Below are positions 45,080-54,215 of a stretch of 64,000 bases of DNA, piece by piece. This DNA is from Candidatus Poribacteria bacterium (GTDB taxonomy: Bacteria > Poribacteria > WGA-4E > WGA-3G), in the NCBI GenBank assembly GCA_965205015.1, contig OZ242029.1, positions 5,536,001 to 5,600,000 of the forward strand, written 5' to 3'. The notes beneath the pieces were generated by a model. The model did no database searches. It saw only the letters and a list, made by a program, of their open reading frames with translations, and had not been told where the DNA came from. Numbering within the stretch: the stretch's first letter is position 1; each line of letters begins with the position of its first letter. The translations under genes and the position numbers were made by a program.

Positions 45080-45757
45080 TTGCAGCAAAGAACACCAATT
45101 GAAGAACAAATTGATCTCCCGTTTGTAGAATCTTTACGCATTAGCTTTCAGAGTTTGAAAATCCGTTTTGGGCGTTCAATCATCACGACGGCTGGTATCA
45201 CACTCGGTATTGCATTCTTAGTCTCAGTTTGGACGAATAATGAAATCGGTCTCGCCCTCCAAGAGAGCGGACGCCAATCCGCAATTAATACCTTTGAAGA
45301 GACAACGGAAAAAGGCATCTCCACAAAAGATATCTGGTTGATTATCATGTCATTGATTGTCTGCGTTGTCGGTATTGCAAACTCAATGCTAATGGCGGTG
45401 ACAGAACGTTTCCGTGAGATTGGCACGATGAAATGTCTCGGGGCGTTAGACGGGTTCGTGGTTAGACTGTTCCTCCTTGAATCAGGATTTCAAGGGTTTT
45501 CGGGAGCACTCATCGGCGCGCTGATCGGAACGCTGGGCGCAGTACTTTTAGGGCTTAAAGATTACGGGTTAGACCTATTCTTCTATTTCCCACTGTTACC
45601 CGCGCAGCCTGAAGATGGAACAATGCGGCTCGGTGTTATCGTCGTCATCCTACTTGGATGTATTTTGGGCATGATTCTGGCAGTGATCGGATCCTCGTTT
45701 CCTGCATGGCGTGCGGCGAAACTTCCGCCTGCTGAAGCAATGCGTACCGAGGTATAG
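45080..45757 (+). CDS. FtsX/MacB-like ABC permease lacking a large periplasmic domain
   Basis: RSIIT..GI.LGIA, GIANSMLMAVTER.REIG.MK.LGA, PA.RAA.L.PAEAMR. Confidence 0.88.
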   Translation: MQQRTPIEEQIDLPFVESLRISFQSLKIRFGRSIITTAGITLGIAFLVSVWTNNEIGLALQESGRQSAINTFEETTEKGISTKDIWLIIMSLIVCVVGIANSMLMAVTERFREIGTMKCLGALDGFVVRLFLLESGFQGFSGALIGALIGTLGAVLLGLKDYGLDLFFYFPLLPAQPEDGTMRLGVIVVILLGCILGMILAVIGSSFPAWRAAKLPPAEAMRTEV

Positions 45758-45772
45758 GTACGGAGGACAATT

Positions 45773-46507
45773 ATGGCTGATATCGTTGTGAAAACTGAAG
45801 ATGTTGTCAAAGAATATCGCATGGGTTCAAACATTCTTCGTGCTTTGGACGGCATCAACATTGAGATTGAACGCGGGGAATATATTTCGTTGATGGGTCC
45901 CTCGGGTTCGGGCAAATCTACGCTCTTTAATATGATCGGTGCACTCGATCGGCCGACGGAGGGGCAAGTTTACATCGACGGACAAAATATGTCCCATCTT
46001 TCGCAAAGACAAATTGCGGCGTTTCGGTGCCATCGCGTGGGCTATATTTTTCAAAGTTACAATTTACTGCACGTGCGGAGCGCGCATGGAAATGTAACAC
46101 TACCGATGATCTTCGCTGGTATCCCTGAAAAACAACGCAATGAAAAAGCCGAACAGTTGCTGGATATGGTAGGATTGGGAGATCGAATGTACCATCTCCC
46201 TGACGAACTTTCAGGGGGTCAGCGTCAACGCGTCGCCATCGCCAGAGCACTCGCGAACGATCCGAGCATCGTTCTCGCCGACGAACCCACAGCAAACCTC
46301 GATACAATCACGGGACGTGAGATTATTGACCTCATTAAACGCCTGAATAACGAACAAGGGGTCACTGTTATTTCGGCAACACACGATCTGAAGATGCTTG
46401 ATGTCTCTGACCGGATTGTGGATATCCGAGACGGGCTTGTGGAACGCGTCAGGAACCGAGACGAAATTGACATCGAGGTCGGCGAAGTCGGCGGTGCAGG
46501 TCACTAA
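45773..46507 (+). CDS. LolD/MacB-type ABC ATP-binding protein
   Basis: GPSGSGKST, LSGGQRQRVAIARAL, LADEPT.NLD, ATHD. Confidence 0.93.
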   Translation: MADIVVKTEDVVKEYRMGSNILRALDGINIEIERGEYISLMGPSGSGKSTLFNMIGALDRPTEGQVYIDGQNMSHLSQRQIAAFRCHRVGYIFQSYNLLHVRSAHGNVTLPMIFAGIPEKQRNEKAEQLLDMVGLGDRMYHLPDELSGGQRQRVAIARALANDPSIVLADEPTANLDTITGREIIDLIKRLNNEQGVTVISATHDLKMLDVSDRIVDIRDGLVERVRNRDEIDIEVGEVGGAGH

Positions 46508-46513
46508 AAATCG

Positions 46514-47536
46514 TTAAATTTCTGACAAGAGAACAGGTCGATTTTCGCGAAGCGACTTCAACGCTGCGAAACCCATCACGACAGGTGCCCGACCATCCTC
46601 ACCTGTAACCGGCGGCGGCGTGTCTTCCTGAATGCACGTAAAGAACGCTTGCAACTCTGAAAGAAATGCCAGCTTGTAGCGTTCAACAAAGAAATACGGA
46701 GGGGACGCAGCGCGTGTCCCTTCACTCCCACTAAAAGTGACGGTATCGGTCAGTGGATTCGCCGCCGTAACCATCCCTTTTGAACCGAACACCTCAACAC
46801 GCTGGTCGTAACCGTAGACGGCCTCCCTGCTGTTATCAATCGTTGCGATAACCCCGTTTTGGAACCGTAAAGTGATTACCGTGGTGTCGATGTCACCCGC
46901 TTCACCGATTTTCGGATCCACGCGCACACCCCCCGCCGCATATACCTCAACAACCTCGTCCCCAATGAGATAGCGCGCCATATCGAAATCGTGGATCGTC
47001 ATGTCAAGAAAAATCCCACCGGAGACCTTGACGTATTCAATCGGTGGTGGTGACGGATCCCGGCTCGTGATTCGCATGATGTGCGGCTCGCCAATCTCGC
47101 CCGAGGTAACCGCTTCGCGGACACGGGTGAAACTGGCATCAAACCGACGGTTGAAACCGACTTGAAACTTAACGCCTGCTTTCTCAACAATCGCCAAAGT
47201 TTCATCAATCTGTTCCAAATCCAAGGAGATCGGTTTCTCACAAAAGACGTGTTTCCCCGCTTTTGCGGCGGCTTGACTAATTTCTACGTGGGTATCCGTT
47301 GAAGAGGCGACAAGCACCGCACCAATTTGTGGGTCCGCCAAGAGGGTGTTGTAATCGGTTGTCACTTTCGGCACATTGAACTGTTCGGCGAGAGATTCGA
47401 CATTGGTGGCATCTAAACTGCAAATCGCGAGCAGTTCGACTTCAGGTATGTTCTGAGCAAGATGTTCAATGTGCAGTTTACCGATGCGTCCTGCACCGAT
47501 GACACCAACACCAATTTTCGAGGATTTGTTCATCAA
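46514..47536 (-). CDS. iolG: Inositol 2-dehydrogenase
   Basis: GAGRIG..H, CEKP, GFNRRFD, SRDP, SGG.F.DMTIHDFD, YGYDQRVE. Confidence 0.9.
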   Translation of the reverse strand: MMNKSSKIGVGVIGAGRIGKLHIEHLAQNIPEVELLAICSLDATNVESLAEQFNVPKVTTDYNTLLADPQIGAVLVASSTDTHVEISQAAAKAGKHVFCEKPISLDLEQIDETLAIVEKAGVKFQVGFNRRFDASFTRVREAVTSGEIGEPHIMRITSRDPSPPPIEYVKVSGGIFLDMTIHDFDMARYLIGDEVVEVYAAGGVRVDPKIGEAGDIDTTVITLRFQNGVIATIDNSREAVYGYDQRVEVFGSKGMVTAANPLTDTVTFSGSEGTRAASPPYFFVERYKLAFLSELQAFFTCIQEDTPPPVTGEDGRAPVVMGFAALKSLRENRPVLLSEI

Positions 47537-47565
47537 AGACCTTTCTTATGTAGATTCTATTAATG

Positions 47566-48459
47566 CTACACAATTGAATTCAGATACCGCAGATTCCGCG
47601 CCGCGCTCTCATAAGGACTCCCCATTCCGGGTAAGACATCCTGCTCGACGACGATCCAGCCATCGTAGTCTCGCTTCCGTAATTCTGCAAGGAACGCGGG
47701 GAAATCAACGTCTCCCTTGCCGAGTTCGCAGAAAACGCCGTTGCCAACAGAGTCGAAATAATCCCACGCATTCTTACGAGAACGGGCAGCGACATCGGGA
47801 TGGCAATCCTTGAAATGGACATGCCAGACCCGCTCAGCGTGACGGGCATACGCTTCAATCGGATCACCACCACCGAATCGGTAATGTCCTGTATCGAAAC
47901 ACAACCCAATGAGGCTGGGATCGGTGCGTTCCAACAACGTGTCCACTTCCGCCGCTGTCTCTACATATCCCGCACAATGTGGATGGAAAACCGTGCGGAG
48001 TCCTGTCTCGTCTCGGACCGATCGGGCGATACGGTGCGCGCCCTGTATAAACGTATCCCACTGCGCGGGTGTCAATCCATGTTCAGGACGGACACGACCG
48101 GCATAGCGGGTACGCAGTTCCGTGGTGGCGTTGTCATCCGAAAGCACGATGAAGGGTGTTTCACCGGCGACATCTGCCAACAAACGGGCGTGACGCAGCG
48201 CCGCTTTTTCACCTGCATCATGTGTCTCCTCATCGGCGAGTGCGACCCCTACGAACGCGCCTAACAGCGTTAGCTCACGCTTCTTCAATTCGGCACGGAG
48301 GTGTCCTGCATCCGTCGGCATAAACCCCCAATCGCCTAATTCGGTGCCGAGGTAACCGATGGTGTGCATCTCGTCTAACACTTGCGCGTAACCTGGAGCT
48401 TCCCCATCCAACTCAAACTCAAGTACACCCCACGAACACGGGGCATTTGCGATTTTCAT
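47566..48459 (-). CDS. iolE: Myo-inosose-2 dehydratase-like TIM barrel protein
   Basis: APCSWG, GTELG, FHPH....VE, DTGH, HVHFKD, F.ELG.G.VDF, W.VVEQD; adjacent to iolG. Confidence 0.7.
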   Translation of the reverse strand: MKIANAPCSWGVLEFELDGEAPGYAQVLDEMHTIGYLGTELGDWGFMPTDAGHLRAELKKRELTLLGAFVGVALADEETHDAGEKAALRHARLLADVAGETPFIVLSDDNATTELRTRYAGRVRPEHGLTPAQWDTFIQGAHRIARSVRDETGLRTVFHPHCAGYVETAAEVDTLLERTDPSLIGLCFDTGHYRFGGGDPIEAYARHAERVWHVHFKDCHPDVAARSRKNAWDYFDSVGNGVFCELGKGDVDFPAFLAELRKRDYDGWIVVEQDVLPGMGSPYESAARNLRYLNSIV

Positions 48460-48550
48460 AGAATTATAGACTCTCTTTTCCTTGAAATCTTTTCCAATCC
48501 ACTTGTGGTCGCCTATTCTCTCCCGCGTGCTGTCCACCGAACCCGATTCA

Positions 48551-48958
48551 TCAGTTAGTCGCGTGTTGTGATGTTACTGGATCTTCTGACAGATGTGCGG
48601 TTGTGTTTGCTGCTCCTGGCTTTCCGGTAGCCAGTGCAAGATTCGCATCTTCATCCATTATAGGTTGGATTGAAAGCCGATATCCGAGTGCGTTCAGAAC
48701 AGTGCCGAGCGCGTCAATCAGCGGTGTATCCGTATTAGATAGCGCGGCTGCTAAGGTTTGTGGCGAAATATCAGTGTGTTGCGTGAGTTTGGAAATCCCA
48801 CCCTGTGCTTCAACAACCGTTTTCAGGGCTTCCCGGACGATAAGCGTCTGTCCGAAACTGTAATAGTCATCAAGAATCGCTTGGAGATAATGAATCGCCT
48901 CCTCCCGGTCAGCGAGGTCTTCGATGAGACACTCTTGCCATGTCCTCATTTTTTTCAT
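48551..48958 (-). CDS. Addiction module antidote (HTH, HigA-like)
   Basis: L.D.EEA..YL...L, AL..V.EAQGG.S.L...T.IS...L..AL; overlaps the toxin stop. Confidence 0.8.
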   Translation of the reverse strand: MKKMRTWQECLIEDLADREEAIHYLQAILDDYYSFGQTLIVREALKTVVEAQGGISKLTQHTDISPQTLAAALSNTDTPLIDALGTVLNALGYRLSIQPIMDEDANLALATGKPGAANTTAHLSEDPVTSQHATN

Positions 48959-49293
48959 AGGTTTTCCTCCTGGTATTTTAGCCAATAACTTTTTGCCCGT
49001 TCTATATCTTGTGTCTGTGATGACTTATCACCCCCACAAAGTAGAAGGATGATTGTATTCCTGATTTCACCAAAATAAATCCGATAACCTGCACCGAAGT
49101 GGAAACGCAATTCAAGGACCCCTTCCCCAACAAATTTGACATTCCCGAAATTTCCGAGTCTGAGTCGCTCCAATCCTGCCCGAATTCGAGCTCTTGTTTT
49201 TCTATCCTGAATTGATTTCAACCATTCATTGAAAGGTTCTTTATCGTTGGGTGCGCGATAGATTTGTATATTTCGTAGGCGTGGGGTCTGCAT
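48955..49293 (-). CDS. RelE/ParE-family (HigB-like) addiction module toxin
   Basis: PF.EWL.S..D, RLRLGNFG..K.VG.GV.ELR...G.GYRIY, LLCGGDKSSQ..DI..A. Confidence 0.92.
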   Translation of the reverse strand: MQTPRLRNIQIYRAPNDKEPFNEWLKSIQDRKTRARIRAGLERLRLGNFGNVKFVGEGVLELRFHFGAGYRIYFGEIRNTIILLLCGGDKSSQTQDIERAKSYWLKYQEENL

Positions 49294-49304
49294 TGTTGAT
49301 GAAT

Positions 49305-49985
49305 CTAATGCTTTTCAAGTAGCTGCTTAAGATCCTCAATGAAATGCTCAAACAGCTTGACTTTATCACTCTCCTCAAGTGCTTCCGCTGTTAGCACATA
49401 CGTGCCATCAAGATCCACTTCTGCAATGATTCGTGGTTTTTTTGCAGTATCCATCCGCGTCAAGTCTTTGTCTCTATCAGGTGTAATCAAATAAACTTTG
49501 ATGTGTTTTGTATTCTCACTGTTCTGAAACTTGGACTTCCAGTAACTTGTTTGGACAACTCGTTCTCTCAAAGATGTTTTACTTGAAATAACAGCAATGA
49601 CTCGCGATTTCTCAGGTTCGTAAATAACAATGTCAGCATCAGGTAATAGTTCTCCAAATCTGCCGTAATTAATTGTCAAATTTTGCTTAACGGCAACCAA
49701 CTCTTGTGGTAGCCGTCGCCCCTTTAATTTCCTGCCGCCAATTACTTTTACTCCATGCGATTCAATTGCCTCTGTGATAATATGTTGGAGGAGCTTTTCA
49801 AAATTATTCCCGATGAAAGAACGCCAACTCTGACCTTTGTCTTTATCTGGAGCATGTATAGTAAGGTAGGCGTAGCGAAGTTCTCGTGCCTTTTCCAACA
49901 GTTCATGGATATATTTATAGGCTTCTGTTCCTCTCTCCACCACCATTTCGTCATACAAATTTTTCAAATCTTCAAAGCAATCCAC
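49305..49985 (-). CDS. BsaWI/Cfr10I-like type II restriction endonuclease, paralog 2
   Basis: PDADIV...SSKTSLRER..QT.YW; GTG at 49985 after AAAGGAG gives the same 226-aa length as paralog 1. Confidence 0.75.
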   Translation of the reverse strand: MDCFEDLKNLYDEMVVERGTEAYKYIHELLEKARELRYAYLTIHAPDKDKGQSWRSFIGNNFEKLLQHIITEAIESHGVKVIGGRKLKGRRLPQELVAVKQNLTINYGRFGELLPDADIVIYEPEKSRVIAVISSKTSLRERVVQTSYWKSKFQNSENTKHIKVYLITPDRDKDLTRMDTAKKPRIIAEVDLDGTYVLTAEALEESDKVKLFEHFIEDLKQLLEKH

Positions 49986-50140
49986 AGTGCCTACTCCTTT
50001 AAAACAATAATGATGTACGTCAGTCAGATACATCTCTATCCTAGATGAATATAATACAAACCCCTTTTTTGTCTTGGACTCCCACTGCGCCGTGGTGAAT
50101 GTCCATACAAAAGTACTTTACATCCAAAGCAGATATAGCA

Positions 50141-50821
50141 CTAATTATTCTCCAGCAGTTGCTTAAAATCCTCAATGAAATGCTCAAACAGCTTGACTTT
50201 ATTGCTCTCCTCCAGATTTGCTTCCGTTAGTACATAGGTACCATCAAGATCAATCTCTACAATAGCCCTTCCTTTCTTTGGAAGATATGTACTTGTCAAG
50301 GTGCCATCCTCGTCAGGTGTTATAAAATAAACCTTGATATGTTCTGTGGTTTCACTTTCCAGAAGTTTGAGTTTCCAATAACCTGTTTGGGCAATTCGCT
50401 CGCGCAATGTAACTTTGCTTGAAATGAGAGCAATTACTTTCCAATCCTTGGGGTCGTAAACCACAATATCAACATCAGGTAAATGCAAGCCAAATTCACC
50501 ATAGTCAATCGCCAGATTTCGCTTAACTCGACTCAGTTCTGGCGACAAGTTTCTACTTCGTTCTAACTTATTGCCATTAATCACATTCATACCAAGGGCT
50601 TCAATTGATTCCGTAATAATATGCTGGATTAACTTTTCAAAATTCTTTCCCTTGAAAGCCCGCCAACTCTGTTCATGGTCTCCATTGGGTTTGTCCCTCA
50701 AAAAATCCTGCTTATGACGTTCTTTTGCATCCTGCAAAAGTTGGGAAACCGTTTTGTAGGCTTCTGTCCCTTCTATCAATTGTCTGGCATTGTACATATC
50801 TTTCAAATCATCAAATTTCAT
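50141..50821 (-). CDS. BsaWI/Cfr10I-like type II restriction endonuclease, paralog 1
   Basis: QSWRAFKG.NFE, PDVDIV...SSKVTLRERIAQTGYWK; directly downstream of the DNA methyltransferase. Confidence 0.8.
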   Translation of the reverse strand: MKFDDLKDMYNARQLIEGTEAYKTVSQLLQDAKERHKQDFLRDKPNGDHEQSWRAFKGKNFEKLIQHIITESIEALGMNVINGNKLERSRNLSPELSRVKRNLAIDYGEFGLHLPDVDIVVYDPKDWKVIALISSKVTLRERIAQTGYWKLKLLESETTEHIKVYFITPDEDGTLTSTYLPKKGRAIVEIDLDGTYVLTEANLEESNKVKLFEHFIEDFKQLLENN

Positions 50822-50827
50822 AATTCT

Positions 50828-52141
50828 CTATTCCTTTAGCCCAATAACGATATACTCCGTCGGATACGCTTCGGAATCAGCTTTATCCTTGCTAGCAAAT
50901 CGTCCTGTTTTCTCGTCCCTTTTTTGGGGGAGAATCTTCAGTGGAATTTCGCGCTTTATGAGTCGATCCAATTTAAAACCTGATTGTTGCAAAGTCTCTG
51001 CGAACGCCTCAGCGTTAAGTATATCAACACCTTTTAACTTAGTATTTCCAATCACATAGCAACATCTACCGCCCGGTCTCAGGATCCTGAAACTTTCGTC
51101 AAAAACTTCCTGCATGTCAACAAAAAAGGCTTCAATCTCCTTTGCCTTTCTTCTGCTTTTAGATAGCATCTCAGCAACAATGTTGGAAGCAATTTGACTT
51201 GATAGTGGCTTGTTTTCGTACTGCTTGTAAGAGGTCCCAATGAACTCCTTCCTATACTCTTGAAGATCATCTGCAAAATCTAACCAAAGCGTTGAGAGTT
51301 GATGCAGATCGGCATATTCATAACTTGTCACATATGGACTTGAACTGACAATTATATCCACACTGTCAGCCGGTACAGGTTGCGCTTTAGCAGAACCGGG
51401 CCGGAGATTCAAATAATTGTCGGGATTATTCCTAACCTTAGGCGGTACAACATCATAAAACTGAGCATTTCCCTTCAGCATTTTCAAAAGGTGTCTTTTG
51501 ATAGCATCATAGGGAGATGTAGGACGCTTTTTTAAATCACGCGTTGGTTTGGTACTACCTTGACTCCAAATTGAACATGTTTTGAGAACATGACTAAATG
51601 CAACAAGTAGGAAGGATTGAATATCCGAGTCAGCTTCATCAAAAATCACAGCTAGGATTTTCCCCAATTCGTCCCGAACTTCTTCCGTAAACCAATAATC
51701 AATTCTCTCTAGGTGTTTATCTGGAATATGTGGTTGTCCCTGATTTCCATTAAAGAAACTATAAGTATCCTTGGAACACCAAATCCTCGAAAGAAATTGC
51801 TTAACTTTTTCCTCAAGGTAGTCGGGTCGAACTGCTGTCGCTTTCACTCCGGTCACTAAGTGAGCAACTTTATTAATGTCCGTTCCACTCGCGTGAAATC
51901 CGCGCGATATAGCACTAACAATGGTCGTTCCACATCCCATAAACGGATCATTGACACTAGCAGTCCGATCATTTATGTACTCATCCAGCAGACGTTCAAC
52001 AAGCTGTGGAATAAACTTAGCAGGGTAGCGGTGGTAACCGTGTGTCCATTTCCCTGTGTCTGATGGCTTACAACCGTCGAACGACCACGCTTTGTCAATG
52101 GAGGTCTGGTCGAACCACTCAAAAATCTCATTCGGCTCCAT
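50828..52141 (-). CDS. Amino (probably N4-cytosine) DNA methyltransferase, alpha-type motif order
   Basis: HGYHRYPAKFIPQ, DPFMGCGTT (motif I), VDIIVSSSPY (motif IV), RILRPGG. Confidence 0.88.
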   Translation of the reverse strand: MEPNEIFEWFDQTSIDKAWSFDGCKPSDTGKWTHGYHRYPAKFIPQLVERLLDEYINDRTASVNDPFMGCGTTIVSAISRGFHASGTDINKVAHLVTGVKATAVRPDYLEEKVKQFLSRIWCSKDTYSFFNGNQGQPHIPDKHLERIDYWFTEEVRDELGKILAVIFDEADSDIQSFLLVAFSHVLKTCSIWSQGSTKPTRDLKKRPTSPYDAIKRHLLKMLKGNAQFYDVVPPKVRNNPDNYLNLRPGSAKAQPVPADSVDIIVSSSPYVTSYEYADLHQLSTLWLDFADDLQEYRKEFIGTSYKQYENKPLSSQIASNIVAEMLSKSRRKAKEIEAFFVDMQEVFDESFRILRPGGRCCYVIGNTKLKGVDILNAEAFAETLQQSGFKLDRLIKREIPLKILPQKRDEKTGRFASKDKADSEAYPTEYIVIGLKE

Positions 52142-52203
52142 GAATTCGGACTCCTTTCTTCGCAGGGAGAGGTTATAGAAATCAGCAGGCTAGGGTTTTA
52201 ATT

Positions 52204-52941
52204 CTACCATTGCTTCAACATCACTGTGATGTCTGCCGGTAACTGAACATTACTCTTTCGCTCAAAGTCTGCAACGCTTTCATAGATATTATGAAATTCG
52301 GTAATGATATCCACCCCTAAATTTCTAGCGAAAGTTAGATTCAATTTAGCACTTTCCCATTTTTCTACATGCAAGAAAATTATGCCGCGGGCAGCGTAGA
52401 CTTCAGTAAATTTCGGTTCAAGTTCCAGCACCTTATCATAATCCTGAATAGCCAACCCAAATTTACCAATACAGAAGTAAGCCAAAGCACGTTTGACATA
52501 AGCCTCTGTAAACCTTGGATTTAACTCAATTGCCTCACTGAAGTCTACAATGGCTTTGTCATATTCACCTTTTGCACCGTAAGTGTCACCGCGATCGTAA
52601 TAGATCTCCGGATCATGGGGACGGAGTTCTACTTCCATGTTATATCCTTTAACGGCTTTGTCGTATTCGCCTTTTTCACGGTAAAGGTCCGCGCGATACC
52701 CATGCGCGTCAGAATGTTCAGGGTCAAACTTTATTGCCATGCTAAAGTCTTCAATGGCTTTGCCATACGCATCGTACTCAACGGACAGTTTACCACGCCT
52801 GTAATAGGCTTCGGCATAATCGGGCTTGAGTTCTATCGCTTTGGTATAGTCTGCAATGGCTTTATCAAAATCAACCTTATCACGATAAGCATTACCGCGA
52901 TTGTAATATGACTTAGCATCATTAGGTTTGTGCGTTACCAC
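52204..52941 (-). CDS. TPR repeat protein
   Basis: About five AY..RG..Y....YDKAI.D...AIEL.P repeats plus a conserved C-terminal cap. Confidence 0.88.
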   Translation of the reverse strand: MVTHKPNDAKSYYNRGNAYRDKVDFDKAIADYTKAIELKPDYAEAYYRRGKLSVEYDAYGKAIEDFSMAIKFDPEHSDAHGYRADLYREKGEYDKAVKGYNMEVELRPHDPEIYYDRGDTYGAKGEYDKAIVDFSEAIELNPRFTEAYVKRALAYFCIGKFGLAIQDYDKVLELEPKFTEVYAARGIIFLHVEKWESAKLNLTFARNLGVDIITEFHNIYESVADFERKSNVQLPADITVMLKQW

Positions 52942-52985
52942 TTCACCATACTCCCTGTCGGAAACGGTAGATTTCGGTTTCAGAT

Positions 52986-53855
52986 TTACCGCTGCATCAA
53001 CATTGCTTTGATGTCTTCCGGCAATTGAACACCATTCTTTTTCTCAAAGGCTTCAATACTTCCGTAATCATTATGAAACAGAGCGATGATATCCACCCCT
53101 TGGTTTTTTGCAAAAGTTAGGTCTGCTCTGGCTCTTTCCCATTCTTTTAAGTGTAACCACGCCTCGCCACGAGCACTATAGGCTTCAGCATAATCGGGTT
53201 CGCGTTTTAGGACTTCGTTATAATCCTTTAGGGCTTTGTCATACTCGCGTTTCTTGCAGTAGGCATTACCGCGGCGGCAATACGCTTTAGCATACTCTGG
53301 CTTGAGCTTTATCGCCTCGTCATAATCGGCGATGGCTTTGTCATATTCGCCAATATAACCGTAGGCATTGCCTCGCTTAATGTAGTCTTCAACTATTTTC
53401 GGATTGAAGCTCAAGCTTGCAGTGTAAAGTTTGATGTACCCTTTAGCCTCCTCCCTACTTTTAATTATTCCCCGAGGGTGACCGCCGTTAAGTTCTTGGC
53501 AGATCTGGATAAACCCTATCAATCCAGCACCTCCAAGTTTATTGATAAGGACTTGATTCCCGATTTCATAAATCTCAATATCTGTCATTTTTCGGATTTC
53601 GCTTTGGGGCATAGCAAACCTTTTGGCACGCGCGCGTTCCTCTGCTTCCCTTGCTGAACGCCCATCTTGGATCCGTTTGACAATCGTGTCAATATCGGGC
53701 TGATCCGCTAATTTATGCCGATCAACAGAGTAATTACCTTTACCGGGTTGGCACTGCCGAATAAACCGCGGCACTTCAGAGGCACCGAGTTTATCGGTAA
53801 GGATTTTAAGCCCCATTTCATAAAGTTCATTATCTGTCATTTCCAGCGCGTTCAT
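52986..53855 (-). CDS. TPR protein with duplicated N-terminal antitoxin-like domain
   Basis: MTD.E.YE.G...L..KLG occurs twice, then 2-3 TPRs and the same C-terminal cap as 52204..52941. Confidence 0.8.
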   Translation of the reverse strand: MNALEMTDNELYEMGLKILTDKLGASEVPRFIRQCQPGKGNYSVDRHKLADQPDIDTIVKRIQDGRSAREAEERARAKRFAMPQSEIRKMTDIEIYEIGNQVLINKLGGAGLIGFIQICQELNGGHPRGIIKSREEAKGYIKLYTASLSFNPKIVEDYIKRGNAYGYIGEYDKAIADYDEAIKLKPEYAKAYCRRGNAYCKKREYDKALKDYNEVLKREPDYAEAYSARGEAWLHLKEWERARADLTFAKNQGVDIIALFHNDYGSIEAFEKKNGVQLPEDIKAMLMQR

Positions 53856-54068
53856 TTTTCTTCATCTCATAGATCTTCCAGAACTGCAAATCGGTCTGCA
53901 CGCGTATATCCAGACTTCACTCGGTAATTTTTTATTTCAGATTAACTCACACAAAACAGGACCCTTTATTGAATTAGCGTATCACAGCAGGGACCAGATG
54001 TCAAGGAAAACCGAATTATGATCGGGTCTACCTATAGTGGATATTAGAACAACCTGGACATTGTGGAT

Positions 54069-54092
54069 TGGCGAGGTTAGGAAACCTCGCCA
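54069..54092. repeat. REP-like palindrome
   Basis: TGGCGAGGTT-AGGA-AACCTCGCCA; related to about 31346-31370 and 24476-24494. Confidence 0.65.
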
Positions 54093-54215
54093 GCGGTGGC
54101 AGTACGCGTGGGAGAACCGAACGCCTGGGTTATGTCATAATATTAAATTTCACGAACACACAACAATATGATATACTGCAACTAACCGAAATCCAAATAC
54201 CAGAGGTAAAAAATC

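Noticed and set aside
48551-53855. Prophage or integrative element
   Set aside because: No integrase, terminase, structural or conjugation genes, and no flanking att repeats or tRNA were seen.
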